Source: a virus. From it: 43,224 nt of DNA. Below, piece by piece: positions 15,891 to 25,013 of the stretch. The notes below the pieces were generated by a model. It had not been told where the DNA came from, did not search any database, and saw only the letters and a program-made list of their open reading frames with translations. Within the stretch, counting starts at the first letter, position 1. Each line of letters begins with the position of its first letter. The stretch lies in the UHGV virus genome UHGV-0208947, one strand, 5' to 3'. The position numbers were made by a program, and so were the translations under genes.

Positions 15891-16673
15891 ATGAACCTTG
15901 AAAACACAGTGAAATACCACTTCGCTAAATCCACACTGATTAGCGATTCTCCGCGCGCTACCGCCTCCGATTCACTGACCGGTACCGACATAATGGCTGC
16001 CATGGGCATGACGCAGGAACGCGCCGCAATGGGTTACAGCGCCTTCCTCGGCAAGATGGGCATAAGCAATAACGACCGGGATCGGGCGATCGGTCTGCTG
16101 GCTGAGTACGCGATGACAAAATGCGACAAGGTTGCCGCACTGCGTAAGCTCGGTGCCGCGGTTAAACCTCAGGTGATGCACCAGTTGGCCACCTTCGCTT
16201 TTGAGGACTATTCCCGCAGCGCTGCCAGCGTGAAGCAGTGCGATTGTTGTGACGGTCAGGGCTTCATTGAGGCTGACGTATTTACCAATAAATTCCGTAA
16301 GCCAGAAGGGAAAATGACCGTGTCCGGGATGGTGAAGGTCAAAGAATCCATCAAAGTGCTATGCAAAAAGTGTAATGGCTCTGGTGTGGTTAGTGCTTCT
16401 TGCAGTGATTGCCATGGGCGCGGCAAGGCAGTGAACCAGGCTCTTACTGAGAAACAGGGCGTTCCTGTTCTGGCTGACTGTAAGCGCTGCGGAGGGCGTG
16501 GGTATGAACGACTTCCGTCGACTGAAGCCTATGCTGCTGTATGCCAGATTACTGACGCCATTAGCCTGGACACCTGGAAAAAGTCTGTTAAGCCATTCTA
16601 CGACCTGCTGATCACGAAATTTGATATCGAAGAGTCCTGGGCCGAAAAACAGCTTAAGCAGATAACGCGGTAA
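15891..16673 (+). CDS. Late-gene antiterminator Q-like protein with CxxCxGxG zinc-finger repeats
   Basis: 260-aa ORF between rusA and the lysis cassette; CDCCDGQG, CKKCNGSG, CSDCHGRG, CKRCGGRG repeats; call is mainly positional. Confidence 0.6.
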   Translation: MNLENTVKYHFAKSTLISDSPRATASDSLTGTDIMAAMGMTQERAAMGYSAFLGKMGISNNDRDRAIGLLAEYAMTKCDKVAALRKLGAAVKPQVMHQLATFAFEDYSRSAASVKQCDCCDGQGFIEADVFTNKFRKPEGKMTVSGMVKVKESIKVLCKKCNGSGVVSASCSDCHGRGKAVNQALTEKQGVPVLADCKRCGGRGYERLPSTEAYAAVCQITDAISLDTWKKSVKPFYDLLITKFDIEESWAEKQLKQITR

Positions 16674-16772
16674 CGCCTATAGCGATAGCCTATGATTTTG
16701 TCTTGGGCTATTTACTTTTCCCGAATCTGTGTTAATTTTGTCCCAACGATGGGTTAATGCCTTCGTTTCAAG

Positions 16773-16799
16773 CCCTGCGGATAACACCGTGGGGTTTTT
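16773..16799 (+). terminator. Candidate tR'-like terminator downstream of Q
   Basis: CCCTGCGG-ATAACA-CCGTGGGG hairpin (two G-U pairs) followed by TTTTT. Confidence 0.4.
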
Positions 16800-16876
16800 G
16801 CGTTTCTGGAGACAGCAATACCAAGGTTCGAGACATTCAGGTAAAATTGATGCATTACAGGATGTGAGGTTGGGGA

Positions 16877-17446
16877 ATGAATAATCTACCCGATGATTAC
16901 TTTTTGGATGCGGACGACGAACTCGTTGCTTTTCTGGAGAAGCAGGGCGAGGATTGTATACGCGAAATTCACCAGTCCAACGCACTAAACAAAGAAAATG
17001 GCCAGAAGTTATTGAGTATACTCATTGCTGGCGTGGGCTCGTCATTTTTGTTATTAACGCAACGTACAGGTTTTGATTACCTCACCGCTGGAATGTCTGT
17101 TTTTTTAGTCTACTGGGCAATGTGTGCGGCTTATCTTGTTCGCTGCGTCCTCGTTGTAAGGTCACGAGCTCTCGTGTCATCGACACCCTATGCGCTTTAC
17201 CATGATGGCTATAAAGGGTTTACTGAAGATGATTACACTGGTTTTGAGTCGAAAGGATTTTCAGGAAAGCGTTCAACATTGAACGTCTTGCGGCGCTACC
17301 GGCTTGCGGATTTAACCAGAATGGCTGAAATGAGTAAAAAAGAGAATGCCAGAATAGGCCGAGAACTAGAAAGGGTAAGGATCGCTACAATCCTCACCCC
17401 TGTTTGTGCACTTGTAATCTCAGTACTTACTTACCTTTTTTTCTGA
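16877..17446 (+). CDS. Membrane protein of unknown function (moron between Q and the lysis genes)
   Basis: ATG at 16877 with GAGG upstream; 189 aa with about three hydrophobic helices; AT-rich relative to neighbours. Confidence 0.55.
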   Translation: MNNLPDDYFLDADDELVAFLEKQGEDCIREIHQSNALNKENGQKLLSILIAGVGSSFLLLTQRTGFDYLTAGMSVFLVYWAMCAAYLVRCVLVVRSRALVSSTPYALYHDGYKGFTEDDYTGFESKGFSGKRSTLNVLRRYRLADLTRMAEMSKKENARIGRELERVRIATILTPVCALVISVLTYLFF

Positions 17447-17576
17447 TGTTTTCAGCAGAATCGGCAACAAAGGTATAACCTGTCCTCAGATTTCTTTCGG
17501 CTGGCTGTGGAGCCGGTTTAGGCTGTGGTGCGGGTTGAGGCTTATTTTCTCCAGATGGTTTGTTTGATTCACTCAT
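17427..17576 (-). CDS. Possible small Pro-rich protein (49 aa), convergent with the membrane-protein gene
   Basis: ATG at 17576-17574 with GGAGAA upstream; MSESNKPSGENKPQPAPQPKPAPQPAERNL...; could be spurious. Confidence 0.25.
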   Translation of the reverse strand: MSESNKPSGENKPQPAPQPKPAPQPAERNLRTGYTFVADSAENIRKKGK

Positions 17577-17810
17577 ATAATTCTCCATGTTTGATAGGGT
17601 TATTTTTGGCGATTTAACGATATCAAATACAGTGATTTGCTGCTAGAGCATGCACTTATCTATAACTCGCCCCGGCACCCGCTGGGGCTTTTTTATTTCC
17701 GGCTCACGGTAATCATCCGCTACGTGCTTTGTTGATAAATCCAACCCGTGAAGCCTGAGCCTATTTCCCCTCATACCTGAGAGGACTCACAGCAATTAAG
17801 AGGGGGCTAA

Positions 17811-18197
17811 ATGTCCGATCCAATTTCCGGTACTGGGCTGGCTGGTGGTGCCCTGACGGGTGCCAGTGTTTATGGACTGCTGACCGGAACTGATTACGGC
17901 GTTGTATTTGGCGCATTTGCAGGGGCTGTATTCTACATAGCAACAGCAGCGGATCTGAGCGCATCGCGCCGACTGGCATATTTTATCGTGTCGTATATTG
18001 CCGGGATCCTTTGCTCTGGGTTGGTTGGCTCCAAGCTGGCAAGCTTGACCGGATACAGTGATAAACCTCTGGATGCCATTGGTGCCGTAATCGTATCTGC
18101 TTTAGCCGTTAAGATCCTGACGTTCCTGAATAATCAGGATATCGGGTCGCTGGTGGCGCTCATAACGCGCCGGGGAGGTTCAGGTGGAGCTAAATGA
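17811..18197 (+). CDS. Putative holin
   Basis: ATG with GAGGGGG upstream; 128 aa, Gly/Ala-rich hydrophobic helices, charged C-terminus; first gene of the lysis cassette. Confidence 0.6.
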   Translation: MSDPISGTGLAGGALTGASVYGLLTGTDYGVVFGAFAGAVFYIATAADLSASRRLAYFIVSYIAGILCSGLVGSKLASLTGYSDKPLDAIGAVIVSALAVKILTFLNNQDIGSLVALITRRGGSGGAK

Positions 18198-18465
18198 CCC
18201 GACAGCAACTATAAACGCGCTGTTATGTGCTTGTGTTGTTATTACTCTGATGTTTTATCGTCGTGGTGATTCGCGGCATCGTCCTTGGGTTTCACGTTTA
18301 GCCTGGCTGATTACTGTTACATACAGTGCTGTTCCGTTGGCCTATCTCTGTGGGATTTATCCCCATTCCTCATGGCCCATTATCGTGGCGAATACTATTT
18401 TTCTTTCCGTGCTGGTGGCCGTCAGAGGCAACGTTGCACGCCTGGTTGATCATCTGAGGCACTAA
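18184..18465 (+). CDS. Second small membrane protein of the lysis cassette (holin-like or lysis accessory)
   Basis: GTG start overlapping the holin stop; 93 aa, two hydrophobic segments; ends at the endolysin start (TAATGA overlap). Confidence 0.45.
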   Translation: MELNDPTATINALLCACVVITLMFYRRGDSRHRPWVSRLAWLITVTYSAVPLAYLCGIYPHSSWPIIVANTIFLSVLVAVRGNVARLVDHLRH

Positions 18466-19079
18466 TGAACCAACAATTATTTCAAAAGGCGGCTGGTATC
18501 AGCGCCGGACTGGCTGTGCGCTGGTTTCAACCAGTAGATGCAGCGATGAAAGAATTCGGCATTACAGCACCCGCGGATCAGGCCATGTTCATCGCTCAGG
18601 TAGGTCATGAGTCTGGTGGCTTTAGCGCTGTAGTTGAAAATTTGAACTACACACCATCTGCGCTGGTGGCGACGTTCGGAAAGAGGATCACACAGCAGCA
18701 GGCTGATGCCCTTGGCAGAACATCCGGACATGCAGCTCGTCAGGATGCTATTGCCAATCTGGTGTATAGCAACCGCCTGGGTAACAAAGCGCCCGGCGAC
18801 GGCTGGAAATATCGCGGCAGAGGGTTAATTCAAATCACTGGCCTCGACAATTATCGCACCTGCGGGGCTGCTCTGAAGTTAGATTTGGTGACTTCACCTG
18901 AACAACTGGAACAGGAACTACAGGCTGCGCGCTCAGCTGCATGGTTCTACACCTCTAAAGGCTGCATGATCTACGGTGCCGATATTAATCGTGTTACTCG
19001 CATCATTAACGGCGGTCTGAACGGTATTGAGGATCGTAAGGTCCGATACAACAAGGCGCGGGCGGCGCTGCTGGTATGA
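18465..19079 (+). CDS. Endolysin, glycoside hydrolase family 19-like lysozyme
   Basis: ...MFIAQVGHESGGF...ENLNY...RGRGLIQITGLDNY... match the GH19-type phage lysozyme pattern. Confidence 0.75.
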   Translation: MNQQLFQKAAGISAGLAVRWFQPVDAAMKEFGITAPADQAMFIAQVGHESGGFSAVVENLNYTPSALVATFGKRITQQQADALGRTSGHAARQDAIANLVYSNRLGNKAPGDGWKYRGRGLIQITGLDNYRTCGAALKLDLVTSPEQLEQELQAARSAAWFYTSKGCMIYGADINRVTRIINGGLNGIEDRKVRYNKARAALLV

Positions 19080-19468
19080 AGATGAGTTATTGGGCGCTTA
19101 TTTTAACGTTTATTGCTTGTATTGCTGGTGGTCTTGTCTGGTCAGCGAATCATTACCATGGAAAGTTTCTGGAGGAACAGCGGCGCGCTGACGATGCAGA
19201 ACAGCGCGCTGATTCCTTTGAGACCATCACCGCGAATGTCCTGCGCACCGTAGCAATAACGAACATCATTCTGGAGACAAATCAATATGCCAGGCAGCAG
19301 ATCGCACTGGAGTCACAGAGAACCGAGAACGATATCAAGGCTGCTGTTGCGGATGATGATTGTGCTGTTCGTTTTGTGCCTTCTGGCGCAGTTAAGCGGC
19401 TGCACGACTACGCGAACGGTCTACGTTCCAGTTCCGGTGGTTCCGTTACCAGCCAACCTGACGGCTGA
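19076..19468 (+). CDS. Rz-like inner-membrane spanin
   Basis: N-terminal TM (WALILTFIACIAGGLVW) then charged coiled-coil region; follows the endolysin; Rz1-like ORF is embedded/overlapping in the +1 frame. Confidence 0.6.
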   Translation: MKMSYWALILTFIACIAGGLVWSANHYHGKFLEEQRRADDAEQRADSFETITANVLRTVAITNIILETNQYARQQIALESQRTENDIKAAVADDDCAVRFVPSGAVKRLHDYANGLRSSSGGSVTSQPDG

Positions 19469-19631
19469 AACACCCCAGCCAGATTTACCCGATCCGTTTA
19501 CGTGGGGAGCAAGCCTTAACCTGAATGTTGCGTTGTTGTCAGCGTTAGCACAGTGCAACAGGGATAAGGCTGATATCAGGACTTTCGAGAACAACAGGGC
19601 AGGACAAACAGATGGCACGATTAAACGTTGA
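19353..19631 (+). CDS. Rz1-like outer-membrane lipoprotein spanin
   Basis: MMIVLFVLCLLAQLSGC... has signal peptide and lipobox LSGC; Pro-rich mature part; overlaps the 3' end of Rz in another frame. Confidence 0.6.
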   Translation: MMIVLFVLCLLAQLSGCTTTRTVYVPVPVVPLPANLTAETPQPDLPDPFTWGASLNLNVALLSALAQCNRDKADIRTFENNRAGQTDGTIKR

Positions 19632-19797
19632 AGTTATCCCACCAGACAGCGAGGTGCTGAACGGGATTTTTGCAGAGATTGAGCGCAAATATGCGCGTCA
19701 GCTGCTGACGCCAAAAGTAATTGATGAAATGCAACGCGAAGCGACGCGCCTTGTACGGCGAATGATAACCACAAAGGTTACGTTCGTCCGGGACTGA
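19612..19797 (+). CDS. Hypothetical small protein
   Basis: 61-aa ORF after the lysis cassette; no motif recognised. Confidence 0.3.
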   Translation: MARLNVEVIPPDSEVLNGIFAEIERKYARQLLTPKVIDEMQREATRLVRRMITTKVTFVRD

Positions 19798-19851
19798 CAT
19801 TACAGAAGCCCTTCACTGAGGGGCTTCGATAATGGAGCACTGGGATTATTC

Positions 19852-20472
19852 ATGAACAGACCACACCCACCAGCGCATTTTACGATGCCACCTGACCCGA
19901 AGCCTTACATCAGCATAATGCCCGCCATTGACGTTGGCGAGTGGCTGAATCAGCACATCCTGAGCGATGAGGGTGACCTCTACAACCCTGACCACCAGCA
20001 TTTGCTTGAAGCGGATCTGTGCTTTCTCTGGGCGTCGAACACTTTCGAGAAGAAAGGGCGGTCCGTGCTGGGGCAGGCGGAAGAAGTGGCAATGCGGGCT
20101 GGAGGCTGGCAGAAAGCGCGGATGGAGCAGCAGATGTATGAATGGTTCGGCAGGGTGCCGCAGTTCATCATCACGCTGGCCGCCGATTACTGCTCGCAAT
20201 GTTCCGATCTGGAATTCTGCGCGCTGATAGAGCACGAGCTTTATCACATCTGCCAAGCGACAGATGAATTTGGTGTGCCGAAGTTCACGCAGGAAGGGCA
20301 GCCAAAGCTGAAGCTGCGCGGCCATGACGTGGAAGAGTTTGTGGGCGTGGTTCGCCGTTACGGTGCGAGCCGTGATGTGCAGGAAATGATTGATGCGGCG
20401 AATCAGCCAGCGGAGGTTGCTCATCTCGATATTGCCAGAGCTTGCGGGACGTGCATGCTGCGACTGGCTTAA
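19852..20472 (+). CDS. HExxH-motif protein (possible zinc metallopeptidase-like), function unknown
   Basis: 206-aa ORF with HELYH within ...CALIEHELYHICQATDEFG...; lies between lysis and packaging genes. Confidence 0.45.
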   Translation: MNRPHPPAHFTMPPDPKPYISIMPAIDVGEWLNQHILSDEGDLYNPDHQHLLEADLCFLWASNTFEKKGRSVLGQAEEVAMRAGGWQKARMEQQMYEWFGRVPQFIITLAADYCSQCSDLEFCALIEHELYHICQATDEFGVPKFTQEGQPKLKLRGHDVEEFVGVVRRYGASRDVQEMIDAANQPAEVAHLDIARACGTCMLRLA

Positions 20473-20502
20473 AACTGGACTGAATAAGACGAATGGTGAT
20501 TT

Positions 20503-20976
20503 ATGGCTGCATTAAAACCTGATGTGAAAGCCTTCATCATTCAGTCGCTTGCGTGCTATGACACGCCGACGCAGGTGGTTGAGGCTGTCCAAAAAGAATT
20601 CGGGATCAAGATCACCCGCCAGCAGGCTGAATCTCACGACCCCACGAAGGCCAGCGGTAAGACGCTCGCCAAAAAGTGGATCGAGATGTTCCACGCTACG
20701 CGCGAACGGTTCCTGACCGAAACCAGCGACATTCCGATCGCGAACAAATCCTATCGCCTCCGCGTGCTTGACCGCATGGCAACCAAAACCGAGGGGATGA
20801 AAAACTTCTCCCTGACGGCGCAGCTGATTGAACAGGCCGCGAAAGAGGTTGGCGACGCTTACACCAATAAGCTGAAGGTTGAAAGCACTGGCAAGGATGG
20901 CGGCCCGATCAAGACCGAGACGACCAACCTCACCGCAGATCAGGCCGCAGAGATTTACCGCAAGATGATGGGGTGA
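20503..20976 (+). CDS. Putative terminase small subunit
   Basis: 157-aa ORF with GGTGA upstream, immediately before the terminase large-subunit region; assignment is positional. Confidence 0.45.
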   Translation: MAALKPDVKAFIIQSLACYDTPTQVVEAVQKEFGIKITRQQAESHDPTKASGKTLAKKWIEMFHATRERFLTETSDIPIANKSYRLRVLDRMATKTEGMKNFSLTAQLIEQAAKEVGDAYTNKLKVESTGKDGGPIKTETTNLTADQAAEIYRKMMG

Positions 20977-21001
20977 TAGCCGCATGTTGCGGCTATGGAT
21001 T

Positions 21002-21214
21002 CTAGGCTTGTTTTGGTCGAGTAATACGGCCAAGAGCTTTAATTGCAGCGACTTTGACGTTGTGATTTAGATCCGAAGATAAATCAAGTAAGCGATTTAC
21101 ATGAGCTGGCGTTGCTGAAGCACTCTCGCCGAGAGCATAAATTGCAGACAATTTTACTTCGTTGTTAAGGTCGTTGGTTAATTCCAACAACTTAGCGCTA
21201 ACTGCTGGTGTCAT
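21002..21214 (-). CDS. Small protein with two HEAT-like (PBS-lyase type) repeats, antisense to the packaging operon
   Basis: ATG at 21214-21212 with GGAGG upstream; MTPAVSAKLLELTNDLNNEVKLSAIYALGESASATPAHVNRLLDLSSDLNHNVKVAAIKALGRI shows two D.N..V(K/R)..A..ALG units; AT-rich. Confidence 0.4.
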   Translation of the reverse strand: MTPAVSAKLLELTNDLNNEVKLSAIYALGESASATPAHVNRLLDLSSDLNHNVKVAAIKALGRITRPKQA

Positions 21215-21285
21215 AAAACCTCCTGTAATTGGTACATAAACAATATCAACTTTGTTACGCAAAAACTCAATGCCTGGAATTGTTT

Positions 21286-22908
21286 ATGCCTCTTCCGTTT
21301 GAATTCGATTTCAGAAACCCTGATTACCAGATGGTTTTTGAATGGCGGATGGAGCGCTTACAGCGCATTCGCCAGAACCCTGAAATGCTGCCAGCACTAA
21401 AGCAGTTTTACCGCACCAACCCGGCACAGTTCATCATCGACTGGGGTATGACTACTGACCCGCGTAACATCGATTATGGCCTGCCGGTCACAATCCCTTT
21501 TCTGCTGTTCCCGAAACAGGAAGAGTGGATTCACTGGATCATTGAGCGGCGCGAACGACTGGAGAACGGCATCACCGAAAAGAGCCGCGAAATGGGGCTC
21601 AGTTGGACCGCGATCGGGCTGGCCTGCTCGCTTTGTCTCTTCAACAAAGAAATGGTTATCGGTTTCGGCTCCCGTAAAGAGGAATACGTCGACAGCACCG
21701 GTGACCCGAAGGCGCTGTTCTGGAAGGCGCGAAAGTTCGTGGAAACACTGCCCATCGAGTTTCGTGGTTCGTGGGACGAGAAGAAGCATGCGCCGTATAT
21801 GCGCGTTGAGTTTCCAGATACTGGCGCGGTTATCAAAGGCGAGGCTGGCGACAATATCGGACGTGGTGACCGTACCACGCTCTACCTGGTGGATGAAGCT
21901 GCATTCCTCCAGCGTCCTCTGTTGATTGATGCGGCGCTGTCGCAAACCACCCGTTGCCGTATTGACCTGAGCTCGGTTAATGGCATGGCGAACCCGTTCG
22001 CGCAGAAGCGCCACGGCGGAAAAATACCAGTATTCACATTCCACTGGCGAGATGACCCGCGCAAGGATGAAGAGTGGTATCGCAGGGAGTGCGAGAAAAT
22101 CGACAATCCGGTGGTGGTGGCGCAGGAACTTGACCTGAACTACAGCGCATCTGCGGAAGGCGTCCTGATCCCGTCCGACTGGGTACAGGCTGCCGTCGAC
22201 GCGCATATCAAACTTGGTATTCAGCCAACGGGCAAGCGACTGGGCGCGATGGACGTCGCCGACGAAGGCCGGGACAAAAATGCCTTTTCGACCCGTCACG
22301 GCTTCCTTCTGGAGAACGTGCGTGAATGGTCCGGCGTTGGCAGCGACATTTACCAGTCTGTTGAGAAGGTCTTCGGCTTTTGCGAACAGGACAACCTCGA
22401 AGAGTTTCGCTTCGACGAGGACGGCCTGGGTGCTGGCGTTCGCGGCGATGCGCGCGCCATCAACGAACTGCGTTACGCAGCGCGCCGACCGTCAATACTC
22501 GCCACACCGTTTCGTGGTAGCGGCGCGGTATTTGATCCGGACGATGAAGCGGTGCGCGGGGACAACGGACAGGCCGCACGCCTGAACAAGGACTTCTTCG
22601 CCAACGCCAAGGCCCAGAGCTGGTGGTGGCTACGCAAGCTTTTCCAGAACACCTATCGCGCCGTGGTTGAGGGCATGGCCTACAACCCGGACGAAATCAT
22701 CTCAATCAGCAGCGCCATGGCGAGCAAAGACAAACTCATCATTGAGCTGTCGCAGCCGACCTACTCCATTAATGGCGTGGGGAAAATCGTTGTTGATAAA
22801 CAGCCTGATGGCACCAAGTCGCCGAACCTCGCCGACTCGGTGATGATCAGCTACGCGCCAATGAATTCAGCCCTGAACATCTGGGAGCTGCTAGGGAGAC
22901 AGGCCTGA
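21286..22908 (+). CDS. Terminase large subunit
   Basis: About 540 aa from the ATG at 21286 (MPLPFEF...); Walker-B-like [10 protein letters not shown]; precedes the portal gene with ATGA-type overlap. Confidence 0.75.
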   Translation: MPLPFEFDFRNPDYQMVFEWRMERLQRIRQNPEMLPALKQFYRTNPAQFIIDWGMTTDPRNIDYGLPVTIPFLLFPKQEEWIHWIIERRERLENGITEKSREMGLSWTAIGLACSLCLFNKEMVIGFGSRKEEYVDSTGDPKALFWKARKFVETLPIEFRGSWDEKKHAPYMRVEFPDTGAVIKGEAGDNIGRGDRTTLYLVDEAAFLQRPLLIDAALSQTTRCRIDLSSVNGMANPFAQKRHGGKIPVFTFHWRDDPRKDEEWYRRECEKIDNPVVVAQELDLNYSASAEGVLIPSDWVQAAVDAHIKLGIQPTGKRLGAMDVADEGRDKNAFSTRHGFLLENVREWSGVGSDIYQSVEKVFGFCEQDNLEEFRFDEDGLGAGVRGDARAINELRYAARRPSILATPFRGSGAVFDPDDEAVRGDNGQAARLNKDFFANAKAQSWWWLRKLFQNTYRAVVEGMAYNPDEIISISSAMASKDKLIIELSQPTYSINGVGKIVVDKQPDGTKSPNLADSVMISYAPMNSALNIWELLGRQA

Positions 22909-24377
22909 TGGCACGAAACAAGCAATCCTCTCAGCGAACGGCACAGGCCACCGCTGACGGCTACGAGAACTTCGTCGCCCGCGTTGGGATGCAGACGCCT
23001 AACCAGCATTCAGCATCGACCTACCGGGCGAACTTCACCAGCCGCAACCGCATGCTGGTGGAATGGTCATATCGCGGTTCGTGGGTTATCGGTGAAGCGG
23101 TCGACGCTATCCCGGACGATATGACCCGAAAGGGCATTCGCATCACTTCGGAGATTGACGCCAAAGACCGTGGCACCCTCGAAGCGCAACTGGATGAGTT
23201 GCAGATCTGGGATGCGCTGAACGACGTGCTGAAATGGTCGCGCCTCTACGGCGGCGCGGTCGGCTTCATCATGATCGAGGGGCAAGCACCAATGACCCCG
23301 CTGCGACTCGAAACCATTGGCGAGGGCAAGTTTAAGGGCATTCTCCCGCTCGACCGCTGGATGATTAACCCGGTGCTGACACGCCGCATTAAAGAGATGG
23401 GGCCGGACCTCGGCAAGCCTGAGTTTTACGACGTGGTGACCACCGCAACGGGCATTCCGGCCTGGCGCATCCATCACAGCCGCCTGATCCGCTTTGATGG
23501 CGTCACGCTGCCATTCCAGCAGAAGATGACCGAAAACGAATGGGGAATGTCGGTTGTAGAGCGTATCTGGGATCGGCTTACTGCGTTCGATAGCGCTACT
23601 GTCGGCGCGGCGCAGCTGGTCTATAAAGCGCATCTGCGTACCTATAGCGTGGAGAAGTTGCGCGAGCTTATCGCGCTTGGAGGCCCGGCGTTCGAAGCGT
23701 TGCTGAAGAACATCGACCTGATCCGCCAGTTCCAGAGCAATGAAGGTATGACGCTCATGGACTCGCGGGATAAGTTCGAAACCCACCAGTACAGCTTTAG
23801 TGGTCTGGATGACATTCTTTCGCAGTTTGCTGAGCAGATCAGCGGTGCCGTTGGTATCCCGCTGGTACGCCTGTTCGGTCAATCCCCGAAAGGCTTCTCT
23901 ACTGGTGATGCAGACCTCGCCAACTATTACGACCGGGTGAGCTCATTGCAGGAGCGCCGCTTACGACTGCCGATGCGCCGGATACTGGACATTATGCACC
24001 GCTCGGAACTCGGAAAGCCGCTGCCGGACGATTTCACGTTTGAGTTTAACCCGCTATGGCAAATGTCAGACGTTGACCGATCAACGGTAGCCGTAAACAC
24101 CACCAACGCGATCAGTACCGCGCTGGGCGACGGATTGATGACGCGTAAGGCGGCGATGACCGACCTGCGCGAAAACTCTGACGTCACCGGCATCGGGGCA
24201 TCCATTACCGACGAGGATATCGAGAATGCCGAAGACGAAGCGCCGCCAGGCATCGGCGAACTTGGCGACAAACCGCCAGAGCCGCCAGGCGGAGATCCGA
24301 TATCGAACGAGCCTACGGCAGATAGCGCGGGCGGTCGGGGATATCGTAAATGGTCGCTACGATGGTTCAAACGATAG
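22908..24377 (+). CDS. Portal protein
   Basis: 489-aa ORF directly after the large terminase and before the MuF-like gene; acidic/Pro-rich C-terminus. Confidence 0.75.
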   Translation: MARNKQSSQRTAQATADGYENFVARVGMQTPNQHSASTYRANFTSRNRMLVEWSYRGSWVIGEAVDAIPDDMTRKGIRITSEIDAKDRGTLEAQLDELQIWDALNDVLKWSRLYGGAVGFIMIEGQAPMTPLRLETIGEGKFKGILPLDRWMINPVLTRRIKEMGPDLGKPEFYDVVTTATGIPAWRIHHSRLIRFDGVTLPFQQKMTENEWGMSVVERIWDRLTAFDSATVGAAQLVYKAHLRTYSVEKLRELIALGGPAFEALLKNIDLIRQFQSNEGMTLMDSRDKFETHQYSFSGLDDILSQFAEQISGAVGIPLVRLFGQSPKGFSTGDADLANYYDRVSSLQERRLRLPMRRILDIMHRSELGKPLPDDFTFEFNPLWQMSDVDRSTVAVNTTNAISTALGDGLMTRKAAMTDLRENSDVTGIGASITDEDIENAEDEAPPGIGELGDKPPEPPGGDPISNEPTADSAGGRGYRKWSLRWFKR

Positions 24378-24999
24378 CGTCACCGAAATAATGGATGCGC
24401 TGGAGCGCTACAGCGAAATCATCACCCCCTGGGCGACTAAGGTTGCTGAGAGCTTCACCGCCGACATTGCGCGCCAGAATGAAAAGCAGTGGCGTCAGCA
24501 CAGTCGGAACATCAGCGCAGAACTACGCAACATGGTCGACCGCGCCCCGGTAGGCCAGGTGATGAAATCCATCGTCGCCGAGCAAATTAAGTACATCAAA
24601 TCTCTGCCTCTTGAGGCCGCCGATCGGGTGTATGACATTCAGAACAAGGCCATCGAGGCTGTAGTAACTGGTGGCCGCGCTGAGCCATTCGCGAAAGAGA
24701 TAGCTGCTTCCGGTGACGTGTCACGCTCACGAGCGAACCTTATCTCCCGGACTGAGCTTGGGCGCGCAACCGGTGCATTGGATCAGGCGCGTGCGCTGTC
24801 AATCGGCTCGAATGGTTATATCTGGCGTACAGCCGAAGATGGCGACGTCCGGCATTCTCATCGAGAGATGGAAGGGAAGTTTGTCGAATGGGGCCGACCT
24901 CCAACGCTTGACGGCATGACCGGTCACGCTGGCGAGCTCCCGAACTGCCGCTGTTACAAAGAAATCGTCTTCCCCAACCCTCATTCTTATCTCGCCTGA
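24226..24999 (+). CDS. Head morphogenesis protein, Mu F-like (minor capsid protein)
   Basis: C-terminal ...GYIWRTAEDGDVRHSHREMEGKFVEW...PNCRCY typical of the Mu F / SPP1 gp7 family; ATG at 24226 with GAGGA upstream overlaps the portal 3' end by about 150 nt, so the true start may be further downstream. Confidence 0.7.
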   Translation: MPKTKRRQASANLATNRQSRQAEIRYRTSLRQIARAVGDIVNGRYDGSNDSVTEIMDALERYSEIITPWATKVAESFTADIARQNEKQWRQHSRNISAELRNMVDRAPVGQVMKSIVAEQIKYIKSLPLEAADRVYDIQNKAIEAVVTGGRAEPFAKEIAASGDVSRSRANLISRTELGRATGALDQARALSIGSNGYIWRTAEDGDVRHSHREMEGKFVEWGRPPTLDGMTGHAGELPNCRCYKEIVFPNPHSYLA

Positions 25000-25013
25000 A
25001 TCGCAGGTAAACC

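Noticed and set aside
15278-16181. Minus-strand ORFs antisense to rusA and the Q-like gene (15278-16009, 15445-15645, 15958-16140, 15972-16181)
   Set aside because: Overlap well-supported plus-strand genes (RusA near-identity, Q zinc-finger repeats); no independent support.
16677-16985. Minus-strand ORF 16677-16985 across the Q-downstream intergenic region
   Set aside because: Spans the promoter/terminator-like region and the start of the plus-strand membrane-protein gene; no RBS; likely spurious.
21397-24370. Minus-strand ORFs antisense to the terminase and portal genes (21397-22299, 21531-21878, 21882-22106, 23067-23882, 23927-24370)
   Set aside because: Embedded antisense in long conserved structural genes; Arg/Ser-rich low-complexity translations.
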